Made by a program: the position numbers and the translations under genes. 64,000 nt of DNA from Camelus dromedarius. Taxonomy: Eukaryota. This document shows positions 40,490-55,253 of the stretch, piece by piece. The stretch covers positions 121,460,001 through 121,524,000 of the forward strand of contig NC_087436.1 of NCBI RefSeq assembly GCF_036321535.1. Reading direction: 5' to 3'. How positions within the stretch are numbered: position 1 is the stretch's first letter; the number at the start of each line of letters is the position of its first letter. Under the pieces are notes generated by a model. That model made no database searches. It saw nothing but the letters and a program-made list of their open reading frames with translations, and was not told where the DNA came from.

Positions 40490-43400
40490 GCGCGAGTGCA
40501 CCCACATGTGTGGGCATGTGTACTTCAGGAGGGAATATAAACCCTTTGTAATTGAGATTAGAGTAATGTCTGGATGATAATAATCATACAGTAGGAACTG
40601 TTGGTATGTGATTCCACCTTTTAAACCTGAAAAAAACACTCAATTAATTACTTCATATTACATATTTTTTGAAGAAATTGTATGTAATTAGCCACGCCTC
40701 TTAGGTTCTATTCATGATTTTATTAGGAAGTAATAACGATTTCTACTCATGGAGTAGTAAGGGGCAGAAGGTAGCCTGCGGTTTACAGCGGCTCTCAGGC
40801 CGACAGGCGTTTCCGGAGTAGACGGCAAGCTCGGGGCTGGACGCGGGAGGAATCGCCGGATGAGGCCCAGTCGTGAAGATGCGGCCGGCGCGGTGGGGGA
40901 GGAGGGAGGGGTCGTGCACTTATGAGACAGGCCCCCGGGGCTCCCGCAGCTGCGCCTGGTCTGCGGACACAGGGCCGGGCCTGCAGGGTCAGGGAGGCGG
41001 CGCGTGGAAGCAGAATTGGCCCCGATGAGGAGAGAAGGAAGCCGTCTCCCTGGCGTGGGCAGGGTCCCCGTGGGAACAGTCTCGGTTTAAGGGGAGCTGC
41101 TAGTAAGTAGGTCGTAACTGAGAAGGCTTTGGGAATAATCCCAGCATTTCCACTGCTTTTAGAATTCTGAGCAAGTCATTTGGTTTGTTTCTCTTTATTT
41201 TGTAAAAAGAGGTTTTTCAGATGTTCCCAGACTAATGTTACAGAGCAGTGATTCTCAAAGTGTGTTCCAAGGATCCCCAAGGAAGTGTTCCACCAGGGAG
41301 CCTTCAGGAATGAAACTATATTAGATGCTGAGACGTTAATTACCTGTACAAAACCCCACTCTCACAGAGGGGTCTCCAGAGGCCACAGGCCTGTGACAAC
41401 ATCATTGCTGTGACAGACAGTGGAGCATGTGTGCCGTCTTAGTGTTTAAAATCACACCCACACGAACAAAAGCTCTTTGGGTCCTCAGTAATTTACAAGA
41501 GTGCAACAGGGTCCGGAGGTGAAAAGCTCTGAAGCTGCTACTCCGCCAGTCCTGGAACAGACACCGTCCTGGAGGCCAAGCCCTCAGTTCCCTGGGGGGT
41601 GAGGAGGTGCCTGGCCCCGGCCTCTGGGCACCTTTCCCCTAGAGCCTGTGGGCAGCTCAACTCCAAACCTGTATGAACCAGTTTAAGAATTCTGATCCTC
41701 TCAGTTCAGTTAAACCATCTTCACAAAGGTAGTTAAGCACGTCCATGAAGGAACAACACAAACACCGATTTATTCTAATACACCTGCGTTATTTGGCAGT
41801 CTATGCAAATGAATACAGTCAATGACTGTAGTCAACTTACCAGTGTATCTCAATTTCACATCCCAAGACTCCTCACCTCAGAAACAACAGGCTCTGCCCC
41901 CCTGCCCTAGTCTGGCAGATAAACCTACTGCACACAGGTTTTTTTTAAATTGACATTTAAAACTGCACCAGTTCGGCGCTGGTGTTTAACATATTCACCC
42001 TGACGCCCACCACCAGGCAGCATAAAGGAATCGTTTATGTTCATTATGCACATCATTATGAGCATCTGGGATGAAAAAAGAGGAGAGAAGCTTTGGAGGG
42101 AAATAAACGTTGTAACAATTTAGAAATGAGACAGAATAACAGAAAACACTAAAACTCCTAGATTCCACACAATATTATGCTGAAGCTGCCAAAGAGCCGA
42201 TGTCCTGCACAGCTGATGGCAAGGACAGCTGACAAACATCTGGGGGTGAGGGGTCATCAGCTGGATGGACTAATCAAGACAGACAGAGGCCTGCGTGCCA
42301 AAACTTATCTAAAGATTAGCGACTTTTAAGTCTGTATCTTGAAATTTATGCACAGAGATGGCAGAATTTCTGATCCACCTCATACATCACGTACAACACC
42401 CATGCTTTTCAACGTCAGAACAGAATCTGAATATGTTTGCTTAATCAGACGGTTGAAAATGCAAATTTAGTGAACAAATCCATCAATGAAGAATCGTAAG
42501 CCTGGAAGGGGAACATACGGTAACTGTAGAAAGCTGAAAGACGCTCTTAGACGTAAAAAGAGAAATCATGGGGGGAAAAGCAATTATTAGGTAAAGTTAC
42601 ACGACATCATCTGCTAAAACCCTGAATTCTAAGCGACGAGGTAAACTACACCGCAGTGACAATGAGCAGCACAGACCTGCCGGCACCACCGGCTGGGCAG
42701 CTGAGGAGCCGCGCATCTCCACGCGGCCCGGGAGCTGCTGGGCTCCGGCTCTCTAACCCACAACGTGCACTTTCTCCCCAGTTTAAGGCTAGAGACGTTC
42801 ATATTCCCTGGCACGTTTGTCCTCGGTTTTTGAAAAAGATATTGATGATGATGTATGTTATGGCCTGACTGTGTGTGTCCCCTCAAGTCTTACGTTGAAA
42901 CCTACCCCGCCCAGGAAATGGCGTTAGGAGGTGGGACACGAACTCATCGTGTCCCAGACCACAGTTTCCCCTTGCTCACCAGCCTCTCAAGTTCTCTAAA
43001 ACCCATTCACCCCTCTCCATGATCCCTGTCACTGCCCTGGTCCAGGCACCATCACATTTCACCAGAACACCTGCCCCAGCCTCTAAGCTGGTGTCCTGGA
43101 CCCAATTGTCCCTGTCTCTAACTGTCCTCTAAACTGCCGCCAGAACTGCCTTCTAGAAACACAGTAAATGCATCACCCAATCTGCTCTTGGAGCAAAGAC
43201 AAACTTTCCCTGGCAAGGTGCTATTGCGTGTCCCCACAGCACCTGGGACGTCCACTCCCTGGCAAATGACTCAGCACAGTGGTGGGCTGAACAGTGACCC
43301 AAAGACACCCAGGTCTCAACCCCTGGAACCTGAGAACATCACATCACACGGCACCTGGAAGCCAGGTTCAGCTGCAGTGCTCGGACTCAGAACTTTCTGT

Positions 43401-43649
43401 CCATACTGCAAAGACCTGTAGAAGAGCTGCCTTCAGTGAGCACCTAGGTCGACAAGCAACCTGTTCGGGGAGGCTTCTCATCCAAGAACAAGCACCTGGG
43501 AAGGCTGAGCAGCACGGCCGGGTGGGCGTGTCAGTAAGCACACGTGCCTGTAGCTCTTCAGTTGCCCCTTTCTGGGCAGTGGCCGTGGGAGCTGGAGAGC
43601 CCGCTAGGAGAACGCGCCCAGTGGAGGCGGGGCTGGGCGCAGACACTCA

Positions 43650-43796
<147 letters not shown>

Positions 43797-43967
43797 CTAA
43801 TTTACCAACTGTAAAATAGAATCTAGCGCTTATTGTGAAAAAACCACAATAAAAAGTGTATGAAATAGCAAGTCAAAGTGCCACCTTCACCCTCCACCCC
43901 AGCCTCGTTTTGCCGGGATCAGTATGCTGTCCTCCTCTCCAGACCGTCTCCTATGCATCCAAACAGA

Positions 43968-44480
43968 GCATGAGCAGGGGCCCCGAGAGACATCTGCACA
44001 CCCACGTTCACAGTAGCATTGTTCACAGCATCCCGAAGATGGAAATAACCCAAGTGTCCATTGATGGACGGTGGATAAACAAAATGTGGTCTATCCAGAC
44101 AACAGATTATGACTCAGCCTTAAAAAAGAAGGAAATTCTGACACCTGCTACAATAGGAATGAACCTTGAGGACATTATGCTCAGTGACATACACCAGTCA
44201 CAAAAAGATAAGTATTGTATGATTCCACTCACATGAGGTCCCTAGACTAGTCAGACTCACAGAGACAGAAAGCAGATGGTAGTTGTCAGGGCTGGGGGCG
44301 GGGAAGTGGGGAGTTAGTGTTTAAAGGGGACAGAGTTAGTGTCACAAGATGAAGAAGGTTCAGGAGACAGACGGTGGTGGTGACTGCACATCAGTGTGAA
44401 TGTACTTACCTCTACTGAACTGCAAACTTAGAAATGGTTAAAACGCTCAATGTTACTTTTTTTAAACCATAATTTAAAAT
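43968..44480 (+). mobile_element. L1MA/MB 3' end
   Basis: The ORF 43856..44236 tail (KMWSIQTTDYDSALKKKEILT...LEDIMLS) is a decayed L1 ORF2 C-terminus followed by the L1 3' UTR. Confidence 0.85.
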
Positions 44481-46774
44481 GTAAACATACACAGTCAGAA
44501 ATACACACATTTTTCCTCGTGGAAATGGGATAAATGTACAGTTTTGCATGTCTGTGCCGACACCTGCAGAGCCGTTAATGACGTGTGCCTTTCCAGATCA
44601 CAGCTTTCTGTCTCTTAAACGTTCTCGTTGCTGGTTTTCTCCACTGCAAACACTCCTGCTATGAACAACTTTGCACAACTGTGTTTTGCAGGACAGATTT
44701 GGAGAAGCAGAACTACTAGCTCAAAGGATTCATGCATTTTAGATTGTGACGTGTGTCACAAAACCACCCTCCAAGAAGGCTCCACTGCCCTATGTCCTCA
44801 CTAACACGTCCCCACGCGCCTGGCTCCCAACTGCTTAACCCTCATCCAGAGGGGTCTGGGAAAAGAAAACACACAGCAGAACTGTGGTCCAGATTTATCG
44901 GAAAAAATACACAGATCATATTCAATTGTACATCTAACTTGTCATTAGAAATGAGACGTGCATTCTAGACCGATTTCTGGCTGTGGTGCAGCCGTGTAAC
45001 CACAGCAAAACTTCGTGGTTTCTATAAGTCAAAGCAGCTATTTCATCAAAGACACTGAAATACTGACAGAAATACACAAGAAAACTCACATTTTCCCCCA
45101 AACCCACTAAGATTTCTATAATTAATAATGATTACTAGCTGTCATTTAAGCTGTCCAACACACGTGAGGCACTCACTGTCATTCAGCCTCACAACAACCT
45201 GATGGAAGAGGCCTGAGAGGCTACGAAAGGGTCCAAGACACCCCCAGCAAACAGCAGCCTTCTCTGGGGCATGGCCGCCAAAGGATAAGGTGGGTCCATT
45301 CATTCCACCACTTCAGAAGAGAATCTGTTCATTCATTTACTCAACAGACATGCATTGTTCCAGGCACAGGATAAAACAGAAAACAAGACAAATTTCCACA
45401 GAAGACAAAGCCATTCAATTTCAACACTTGCCTCAAAAATACGTGTTTTAAAGTAATAGCTCTGAGTATTTTCCATAGGATTATTTCCCCTCCAAAGGTC
45501 TCAATTTCCTGAAGCTACATTAAATAGCAGGTTAATTCTTTTAAGACTATTTAATGATTTACTTCAAATAGAGAACTTTTCAGGATCTTAGAAAAATTTT
45601 ATTTAATAGAAATTTATTTCCACAGAAAAGAGAAGCAGGGCTTCTAGTCCTGCACGAGCAGAGAAGCCAGGTGAGCTAAGCAAGCAAGTTCAGGTCCAGC
45701 ACTCCTGGCCAGACAGACGCCAACCATGAGGGAAGCGGAACAGAGGCTTCTTCTGGGGCTTTAAATTAAGGAACAAGAATTATTTTTCAGAACAGGTAGC
45801 TACAAAGGAAAATTTACCAAAACAAGTCAATGCCTTGCCTCTTAAAGTTCTGGACAGAGAGAACCCTGAGAGGAACGTCCATCGGTGGGGAAGCAGAGGT
45901 GGGCGGGCCCTGCAACTGCACTCTTATTTCTGTGTTAAAATATGTATCTTTATTATAATTTTTTTAAAAATTGGGTTGTCTTTTTATTGTTGAATTGTAA
46001 GAGTTCTTTATATGTGCTGGATAGCACACCCTAACCAGATACTGGACCTGCAAATACTTTCCCCCATTCTACAGGTTGCCTTTCCTTTCTTTAGAGTGTT
46101 CTTGGAAGGACTGTATATGTATATATATTTGGAAGTACTGTATTTTGATGAAGTCCAATTTATCTGTTTCTTCTTTTGTTGCTATCCTTTTGATGTTATA
46201 CCTAAGAAACCACTATCTAAATCAAGGTCATAAGAAACAACTGATTCAAGGTCATGAGATTTCCTCTAAGAGCTGTTTAGTGTTAGCGCTTACAGTTAGG
46301 TGTTTGGTCCATCTGAAGTTAATTTTTCGTATGTGGTATTAGATAAGGGTCCAGTTCATTCCACTGCATGTGTGTATCCAGTTGTCCCAGAACCATGTAT
46401 TGAAAAGATTATTCTTTCCCCCACTGAATTGTCCTGGCAGCCTTAGTGCAGGACAGCTGACTGTTTTCTGGACTCTCAGTGCTATTCCACTGGTCTGTAT
46501 GTCTGTCCTTAAACTGGTACCACACTGTCTTGATTACTGCAGCTGTGAGACAAGTTTTGAAATTGAGAAGTGTAAGCCCTCCAACTTTGTTCTTCCTTTT
46601 TAAGGTTGTTATAACTATTCTGGATCCTCTTAGTACATCTATGAATTCTAGGATCAGCTTGTTAATTTTCAAAAAAAGGAAGTTAAGATCTTGGCAGGTC
46701 TTATATTGAGTGTACAGATCAATACTCAGTCTTCTCCTCCAGGAACAGGGGATGTCTTTCCATTTTACTACATC

Positions 46775-46923
46775 TTTTCTTTATTTTTATTTTTATTTTG
46801 GGGGGGGAAGTAGTTAGGTTTACTTATGCATCCACTTTTGGAAGAGGTACTGCGGGTTGAACTCTGGACCCTGAGCAGGCTAAATGAGCACGTGCTCTAC
46901 CACTGAGCTGTACCCCCGCCCCC
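46775..46923 (-). mobile_element. tRNA-derived SINE (Vic-1-like) inserted in L1
   Basis: tRNA-like head (CAGCTCAGTGGTAGAGCACGTG...GGGTCCAGAGTTCAACCC), then AAACCTAACTACTTCCCCCC and an A-rich tail. Confidence 0.8.
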
Positions 46924-47198
46924 ACAGTTCTTTAATTTCCTTCAATGATGTTTTGAAATTTTCAGTGTATTAAGTGCTGCATTTCTCTTGTTAAATTTAC
47001 ACCTATTTTATTCCTTTTTATGTACTGAAAGTGGAACTGCTTTCGTTTCATTTTTGGATTTTAATTGCTAGTGTACAGACATACAGTTGAATTTTGTATC
47101 GTGACCCAGCATCCTGCAGCCTTGCTGAACTCATTTATTGGCTCTAGGAGTTTTATCCCCACGTGTGTGTGGATGTCTCAGGATTTTCTGTATACAAG

Positions 47199-47560
47199 TG
47201 CTATGATCTGAATGTGTGACCCCCAAATTCATATGTTGAAATCTTAACCCCCAAAGTGATGACATTGGGAGGTGGGGCCTTTGGGGGGTGCTCAGATCAT
47301 GATGATGGAGCCCTCATGAGTGGGACTTGTGCTTTTATAAAAGAGGCTCCAGACAGATCCCATGCCTCTTCCACCCAGTGAGGACACAGTGGGAAGGGGC
47401 CGGCTATGAACCAGGAAGAGGGCATTCACCAGAAGGTGACCATGTTGGCACCAGGATCTTGGAGTTCCCAGCCTCGAGACCTGCGAGTAATAAATTTGTG
47501 TTGTTCATAAGCTACCCAGTCTGTGGTATTTTGCCACAGCATCCTAAATGGACTGAGACA
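47199..47560 (+). mobile_element. MLT1A-type solo LTR with 5-bp TSD
   Basis: TGCTATG...GAGACA termini and flanks ACAAG / GCAAG. The host L1 sequence tatacaag|atcatgtcatctgca is restored when the element is removed. Confidence 0.85.
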
Positions 47561-49610
47561 GCAAGATCATGTCATCTGCAAATACAGTTTTACTTCTTCC
47601 TTTTCAATCTGGTTATCTTTTATTTTTCCTGCCTAATTGCCCTAACTGTAATAGCTAGAACTTCCAGTACAGTATCAGGTGGAAGTGATGAGAGCATCCT
47701 TATTTTGTTCCTGATCTTAGGGGGAAAGCATCTGACTTTTCACATTTAAGTATGATTTTAGCTGTGAACAGTTTGTATATGTCCTGTACCAGGCTGAGAA
47801 AGTTCTATTTCATTCCTAATTTGTTGAGTGCTTTTATTATAAAGGAGTCTTTGAACTTTGTCAAATGCTTTTTCTGCCTCTAGCAAGATAATCACATGGA
47901 GTTTTTTGGTGCTTTATTAATGTGATGTATCAGATTAAATGAGTATCAGATATTGAACCAACTTTGCATTCCTGGATAAATCCCACTCGGTTTTGGGCAT
48001 ATTTTTTTAAATTGTAAATCAAATTTGGCTGAATTTTAATATTTGGGAATCTTGAAAAAGGAAACTTAGAAAAACTAGAATGACTGAGCGAAAGGATAAA
48101 GAAATACAAGATTGAACATATGTAGTCTTGCCTTATTTTTAGGTGCTTTAGGTATTCTGGCTTGTTGAAATCTCTGTAAAGGAGTTCCCTTTTTGATACA
48201 TAAAAGAAAGAGACTGTTGCTTTTCTTAAAGAAAGAAGACAACAAAAACAACTACAGTGATGATGTGACTGTGGCTTTTTTGTTTTTTGCTTTTTTGAGT
48301 AAAGCACAAGAATAGTTTCCCCAGTAGATGGCAAGTAAGCAAAGAAAACAAAAACAAAAACACGCATTCACGTTACAGCATCTTCAGGCAGCCCATGCAC
48401 GTCTCTCAGCACTACTGAGCTGCAGAGGGACGTCTGCTGCTCCCTTCCCTGCCCACATTTGCTACATCCACACCAGTAACTTTTCAAATTAGGTCTTTCT
48501 TCTTGATAACTTACCTTGCTACAAGAATATTTTTTCAGGGAAGGTGAAGAAGGAACAGTAAGTTACTAAAAAAGATCTTTAAATCTAGATAAGTGAAAGT
48601 TCTCTCCTACGCCTCCCAATTATAGTGTCCCCAGCATAGCTACAAGCATGCAGATGCTGTTAACGGCTGTGTTTCAAAGAACGATCTGTGGCCATGGTAC
48701 TGAGGCTGGAGGCTGAGGTAGACCCAAGCTTTGGAGTGAAAACCTGTTTGGGTCTGAATCACATCCCCACACCCACTGGCTGTGGGTGCACCTCCATGGC
48801 AGCTAGAGAGACCCTGGCCTCTCCTTCTGACATTCAATCTTTTGTACCAATCAGCTCCCCTACTTGGTGGCCCTACCACCTTCATTAGCTGGGCTCAAAA
48901 TCTGAATATTTTGAACCCAGTCTCACCACACTATTCCACAACCACAGTCTCTGCATGTTTGATTCCTGGCTCGGGCACTTGCTAGCTATGTAACCTTCAG
49001 TAAACCACACAACTATTCTGATTTTCAATCTTATCGTGTGACGACAGACATAATGATATACCCCCCTCATAGTCTTGCTGTGAGCATCTGTAATGTGTCA
49101 CACGCACAGGGCTTAGGGCAGCATTCACGTGATGTCAGCCATTACTGTTGCTGCTGCTGCTCTCCTCGGGCCAACAGCAGAGGAGCCTGCCCAGGGTTAG
49201 GACCTCCAGTGGCCCACAGAAGGTGAGCCACCTGAAGGAGGCAGGTTGCCACTATCATTTCAGGGACTTTCTAAACCGCAAGAACCAAGTGAATCCAAAA
49301 GTATAAAAACTAAGACTCATTAAACCTTTTAGGAGAAAGATGTTATTTTCAGTCCAAGAGAGGCCAATAAAATTCTCTAGTTTTATATTCTGTTTGAGGA
49401 AACATAAAAACTTTAAAGTTCTTTGAACCAATTTTCTAAGAGATTCAATTGTTGATTTCCTCAGTGGCTCAAGAGCAAATGCAGAGGAGGAACATTTACA
49501 AGAAACTAAAGATTTCAACATACATATCCCAACAAAGTGAAAATGGCTATGCACTCTAATCATTTAAGTAAGTTACTTATGAATCTTTATGGCTAAAGAA
49601 GAAAACACAC

Positions 49611-49688
49611 CTCCTCATTGAAAAATGTGTCTAAGACCAAGAGCCCACAATCTCTTCGGTCCTCATCAGCAGCCACTTCATATTTGGC
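49611..49688 (-). CDS. GRK4: GRK4 exon 4 (78 nt)
   Basis: AKYEVAADEDRRDCGLLVLDTFFNEE; long pyrimidine tract plus cag|, donor |gtgtgt. Confidence 0.95.
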
Positions 49689-50670
49689 CTGATTGTAGAG
49701 AGGAGAGAAAAGAAAAGTATTACATAAGCTTCTTCACGGACTTTGCAGTGTTTCAAAAATTCTCTGGCCTGTGGAATTGACTTGGTGCCCTAGGAACCAG
49801 AGAGCAGCTCTATTGATAATCTGGGAAATTAATGGCCATGAGCGGAAAAAAACATTTTCAAAGGATTAATAATGTAGAGCAACACACGCCATAACACTAT
49901 GTCCTGTTTTAGCTTCAGCCATTGAATGTGGCCAAATAAAATGGTTAATAGACAGCTTGGTCTGTTCTACACAATGGCACTTCAGGAACAGCCAAGAGGC
50001 ACTTGGACACCTGCATGCAGAGCCCCCAGGGCAGTCTGAGTGGGAGGTGTCGGGTGCGTGGGAGTCACCCACACACAGGTGTCAGGTGAGAGACCGTTAG
50101 AGTGGACAACACTCCACGGGCCGGAAAACAGAGGAAAAGTCAAAGCGGAACCTGATCAGTATGCAAACGTCTATAAAGGATAAGGAAGGAAGAAGATCGG
50201 GAAAACAGAGATAAGAGAAAAGAAAGCAGAGGAGATCACAAAGGCCCAGGTAAGAGAATTTTAAGAGAAGCCACTCAGCAGTGTGAACAGATGGGGAGAC
50301 TAGCGTGAGGAGGCCTCGGCGCAGCCTGGATTTGCAAGCTGGGGCCTTTGAAAAGCAGTGACGCTCAAAGCCAGACACAGTGGAAGAGAGAAGGGAGGAA
50401 GTAAAGACCAGAGGGAGCTGCGCTTCTGAAGGCATCAAGAGTACTCCAAGACAGAGTCCTCGAGGGTCGGAACCCAATCACATCCTTCACAGGTGCGGCA
50501 CAGGGGCCGTGACCAGCGGGCTGACCACCTGGCCAGAGCCAGCTTTGCGCCCAGTGTTCACTGTGACTAGTGACCAGCACGCTGTTTACCTAAAGACCGT
50601 TAAACTCAAGTCCTGGGAGTTCTGGATACTACATGGCATGCGATTCACGGAAAAGAAAGTGCTGTGATTC

Positions 50671-51054
50671 CGTGATGGTCTTCTGATGTGCCAACTTGAC
50701 AGGCAACAATCTCCAGTTACGCAAACACTAATCCAGTTGTCATTCTGGCGATATGTGTAAACACAGTCAGAGCTGACTTTGGGGTAAGGAAGATTATCCT
50801 AGGTAAGCTGGGTGGGCTTGATTCAATCAGTTGAAAGGCCTTAAAAACAGAGCTGAGGCTTTCTAGAAGAAATCCTGCCTGAGGACAGCAGCTTCACCCC
50901 ATTTCTGGAGATTCTGTCCTGCCCTCCCTGACGGTCTGTCCTGCAGGTTTCAGACTTCCTTAGCCAGACCTCGCAGTCGTGCAAGCCAATCCTCTGCAAT
51001 ATATCTATAACTCTTACTGCTTCTGTTTCTCTCACTGGACCCTGACTGACACAC
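50671..51054 (+). mobile_element. MLT2 (ERVL) LTR
   Basis: gtgccaacttgac...attcaatcagttgaaaggcct...ttctgtttctct...accctgactgacaca. Confidence 0.75.
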
Positions 51055-52401
51055 ATGCCATTCACTCATTCGACAAGCACTGCGCAGGGAACAGAGCAAA
51101 CAAGCACGTCAGGTGCCACAAGGGGACACGGGCAAGATGCCGTCTCTCCACTAGAGAAGCTCACGGAACCCGCGGTCACCCAGCACAGGCAAAGTCAGAG
51201 CAGGAAATGCTGCACGGATGGCGTAAGCGGGCATCACTTATCACCCACAAGCTACCAGCAAAACCACAACAGGCCAGGAACAAAACCTGCGTGCAGCCAG
51301 CGGGTGGGCGCCGGGGACCAGCAGGCATCACGACAGCATCAGGAGACGGGAACCTGAAAAAGCCTTCACGGCGCAGTTTGGCCATTTTGGAATAAAGAAT
51401 TGTAGGTCCCTAAATTCTTAAAATATGGCAGCTTGGCAAACAGAACCGACACACGAAGACATGTCTACATTCCACTCCTGAACCAAGGAGCGTGCCCTAC
51501 CGCCTCTGACGTCCTGCTTGGCAGCAAACGGCTGCCTCCTGAGCAAGCCTCATCTTATCCCAGCCAAGGTACTGGGAAGGGAGGGCTTGGGGAGCTCCAA
51601 GGCGTAGGGAGCAAACAACAGAACAGGCAAGAACCTCAAATGTTTTTCTGAATAAATACATTGTTTTTAACAAGCTATGTGAAAAAGAGAGAAAAAGCGA
51701 ATAAAAACCAATGACACAGAATAGTATTTTGCACATAGTGAACAGTCCATACAACTTGATGATATAACCAGGACAGGCCAAAACAGGGAGAGGAAGTGTC
51801 ATAACCTTGGTCCCAGTAACTAAAAGTGAGAGAGACTTCCTAGTATGTTCTGGAACTCTCTGTTAAGCTGCTTCTGAGTTTCATAGTTTTGAAACTTCTA
51901 GGCTTGCCAGCCGTATCCCTAAAGTTTTAGAAATGCAAAATTTCTTTATCTGAAAGGAAATCACAGTAAATATCAAACTGGATACACAGGAATATTGGAA
52001 AACATATAAATCATAGTCAGTTCCATCCAGTGTGCTCATCCGTCTTACACCAGCTTTCCTCCTTCGTGTGCTTCTGGGCCAGTGCTTTCAGCAGACAGCA
52101 CTGCTGGGTCCGCATACCTCTCAGGCAGCTGTGCGAGCACTGTCTGAATTAGCTGCACAAATTTCCTACAAGTTAAAGCAGCACGTTTCAAAACTCTTTA
52201 GTAAGTACCTTTGATCCCCAGTACTTGAGATGTCACCTGCATGAACCCCCACTAGGCACACTCTACCCACCAGGAAAACCAAGAGAACACAACACCAGGA
52301 CACCCAGTTTATCCACTCTTACCTCACTGCCAAGGTCTAATTAACTCAGAGAGGTCTCGTGTTCGTTTTTAATTATCAAAAGCACAAGGCTGAGGGGTTC
52401 A

Positions 52402-52581
<180 letters not shown>

Positions 52582-55213
52582 CTACTTCTTTTACCTGACA
52601 CAAGTCAAAGCAGTGCTTGCAGGATTGGTTTTGAACCCACTGTTTTGTTCACTAGTTTGTACTAGGTTATCATGAATATTTAAAATTAAAGTGCCCACTG
52701 GGGCAGAGCCAACGGTATCTGGAAGAACTGACAACGAAAGGTGCGTGGGGACGGTCCCTGCTCCCCTCACAAAGGAAAGATGCTGGGGGCGGGGGGTGGC
52801 ACTTCTGGGAACCTGGGGGTCCAGAAAGGGGTCTGCGTCTGGCCTTCCACCACTCCGCCCACTCCATGGGTTTGGCACAAATTACATGCGTGTGAAATAC
52901 ACCATGGGAATGTACTAAATTAGATTTCTTAAAACTCTTTTTCATTTTGATAACTTTCTATTCTTTCGCAAGTTACAAATATTATATATGCTTAACGATT
53001 TTTAAACTGTTCTTATTTTTTTCTTTTTGGTGGGAAGATATGTTGTATATCTATCTCATCTTACACCAAACACTGTTTTGAGGAAGAAGCACTGATATTC
53101 AGTCAAAGTGTCACAAGGGATGGAAAGCAAAATCTTATGCCCAAAACAGGCAAGAAAACCAGCGGCTCCCTCGCAGCAGCTCTGCACCTGATGTGAACGT
53201 AATGATGTCAGGTACTCCCAAAGCTAAGGCGTTAAGCGAAATGCATGAAGCGCGAGCCAGTCGTGACAAGCTCCTCAGGGAAAGGGCTGGTTAGTGCCCC
53301 GCACACCTAGGAGCCTAACTCCTGTCTTGGAGCACTGAGTCTGCACATGGAAAATGCATGCAGGGATATAAACATTTCGGTTGCCAGTACATGATTGCTT
53401 GTTTCAACAAATATGAGCAATAGTTTTGCAAAACTTCTACAACCCACTTTGTCCAGTTTTGCTACCACATTTTACTTGAGGGCCACTCCTCAACTGCACG
53501 TAAAAAACAAAAGACACAAGGCAGTCAAAAGGTTTAAAAGTTGAGAGGTTTTCATTCTTCCCTCCCGCATCTGAAGGCCCAGAAAGGTTCCCGGTGTCCA
53601 CTGAGGACAAGCAGGCGGGGCTCAGGTCTGCTGACCTTCTCGCCCAGGCTTCTGCTGAGGACCGAAGACAAAACCACAACAAACAGAACGAAACCTGACG
53701 TGGAAAACGAATACACGACGCCCTCAGGAGTCAGAAGTTTGAGAAAGCCGATGAGGTGGGAGCCCCACCCAGGCCTGAGCGAACTGCCGGCCAAGGGACC
53801 TCTCCTTCAGGCAGAAGCCACTTTGCAGAAAGTGGGTATCTGCCAAGAGAGATTCTGGCACCCCGGGGTGGGGGTGGGGGGGACAAAGCACAACTGGAGG
53901 GACTGACACGCTCTGCTGGCCAAGTGAATTAACGCGACCCTGGTCGGTCCTGGAACGCAGGCCCGGTCCACGCCGAGCACTGGCACAGCCCAGTTCCAGA
54001 AGTCCATCCAAGAGGGGGTGCCCAGGAAAACCAAACCATGCAACCACAGAGGAAGCCAGGTCACACTCACACAAAGAAACTCAGCCCTTAGTATAAACCT
54101 GAAGAAACAATCTCAGGTCTCTAGACACAGGGCAAAAGCAGGGGTGACAACCAAAACGAGAAAACAGGGCAGAAAAACTGAACCAGGAGAAAAGCTCATT
54201 CAGACGACAGAAACCTATCTTTTAAAACCCTAATATCCTCTAGAGAGACCAGAGCCTGAAGGGACTGGCAGAACTGTAAAACAAGAGCCCCAAACACGAC
54301 AGAGACGCAATCGCGGAACAAGAGTGTGCGCTTACAAGCTAAAAACAGGATTAACAGCAGAACATCGTGGGACGGGCTGGACAGTACTTTGCATGTGTGT
54401 TAAAGCACGGGTGTTGATCTGGATAATAAGGAAATCTCCTAAAATGAATGGCCAAAAGCAAACAGAAAACACAAGAGGACACCGAGACACAGAAGACTAC
54501 TCCAGAAAGTTAAGGATCTGTCTCACAGGAATTCAAAGGGGAGTCCTGGTACAATGGAGGAGGGGAAGATAGAGACATCTGGCCTTTCCTTTGAATTTTA
54601 ATGTATATAATAAATACTATGTAAACCTTGTACACATACATCATATTTATGTCAATTTTACGTATGACTAAATACATATTAAATTTTCCCAGGCCAAAGA
54701 TGTAAAGGCCGCAGCAAGTGTTACACATGACTACTGAAGGCTGGCCCACATCTAGAGACATCCCAGCGACAGTCCCACCAGGAAGGAGAAACCAGAAAGC
54801 CTCTGAGAAAGAATAAAACATTAGTGACAAAACGTAACGAGTCCGAGGGACACAGTGGACACTTGAGACTTCCTCCAGGAGCTACAATAATAAAATGGGG
54901 AAGAAAGCAAAGAAAGAGGACACGATGGAAATCACAAAGGACAGACAGTGGGTAAGATCGAGAAGCAGTGAAGGACACCGGAAAAAGCAAATAGCTCCGT
55001 CAAAATACCTGGAAGACCACCCTCGGCAGAATGTGGTCAGCGCAGGGTGCCTCCTTGCTTGTGGAACACACGCAATTGTAGTATTATACTACTACACCAG
55101 ATTTTAATTCTTTGGAATAACCTATGGGCCACGGTACATAGAAGGCAGGTGGTTGACCCAACAAGCAGTGCGCGGTAGCCGGAAAGGGGACACGGAGGGA
55201 AGCAAACGAAGCT

Positions 55214-55220
<7 letters not shown>

Positions 55221-55250
<30 letters not shown>
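55221..55250 (+). repeat. (GA)15 microsatellite
   Basis: Read directly. Confidence 0.97.

Positions 55251-55253
<3 letters not shown>

Larger units (their letters stand above)
45960..48030 (-). mobile_element. L1 ORF2 remnant hosting SINE and MLT1A insertions
   Basis: ORF 46409..46672(-) KNKVGGLTLLNFKT...AVIKTVWY...DQWN is L1 ORF2-like. Confidence 0.85.

Noticed and set aside
43856..44236. 126-aa ORF with protein-like composition (and similar ORFs at 29205-29444 and 46409-46672)
   Set aside because: Decayed L1 ORF2 remnants, not host genes.
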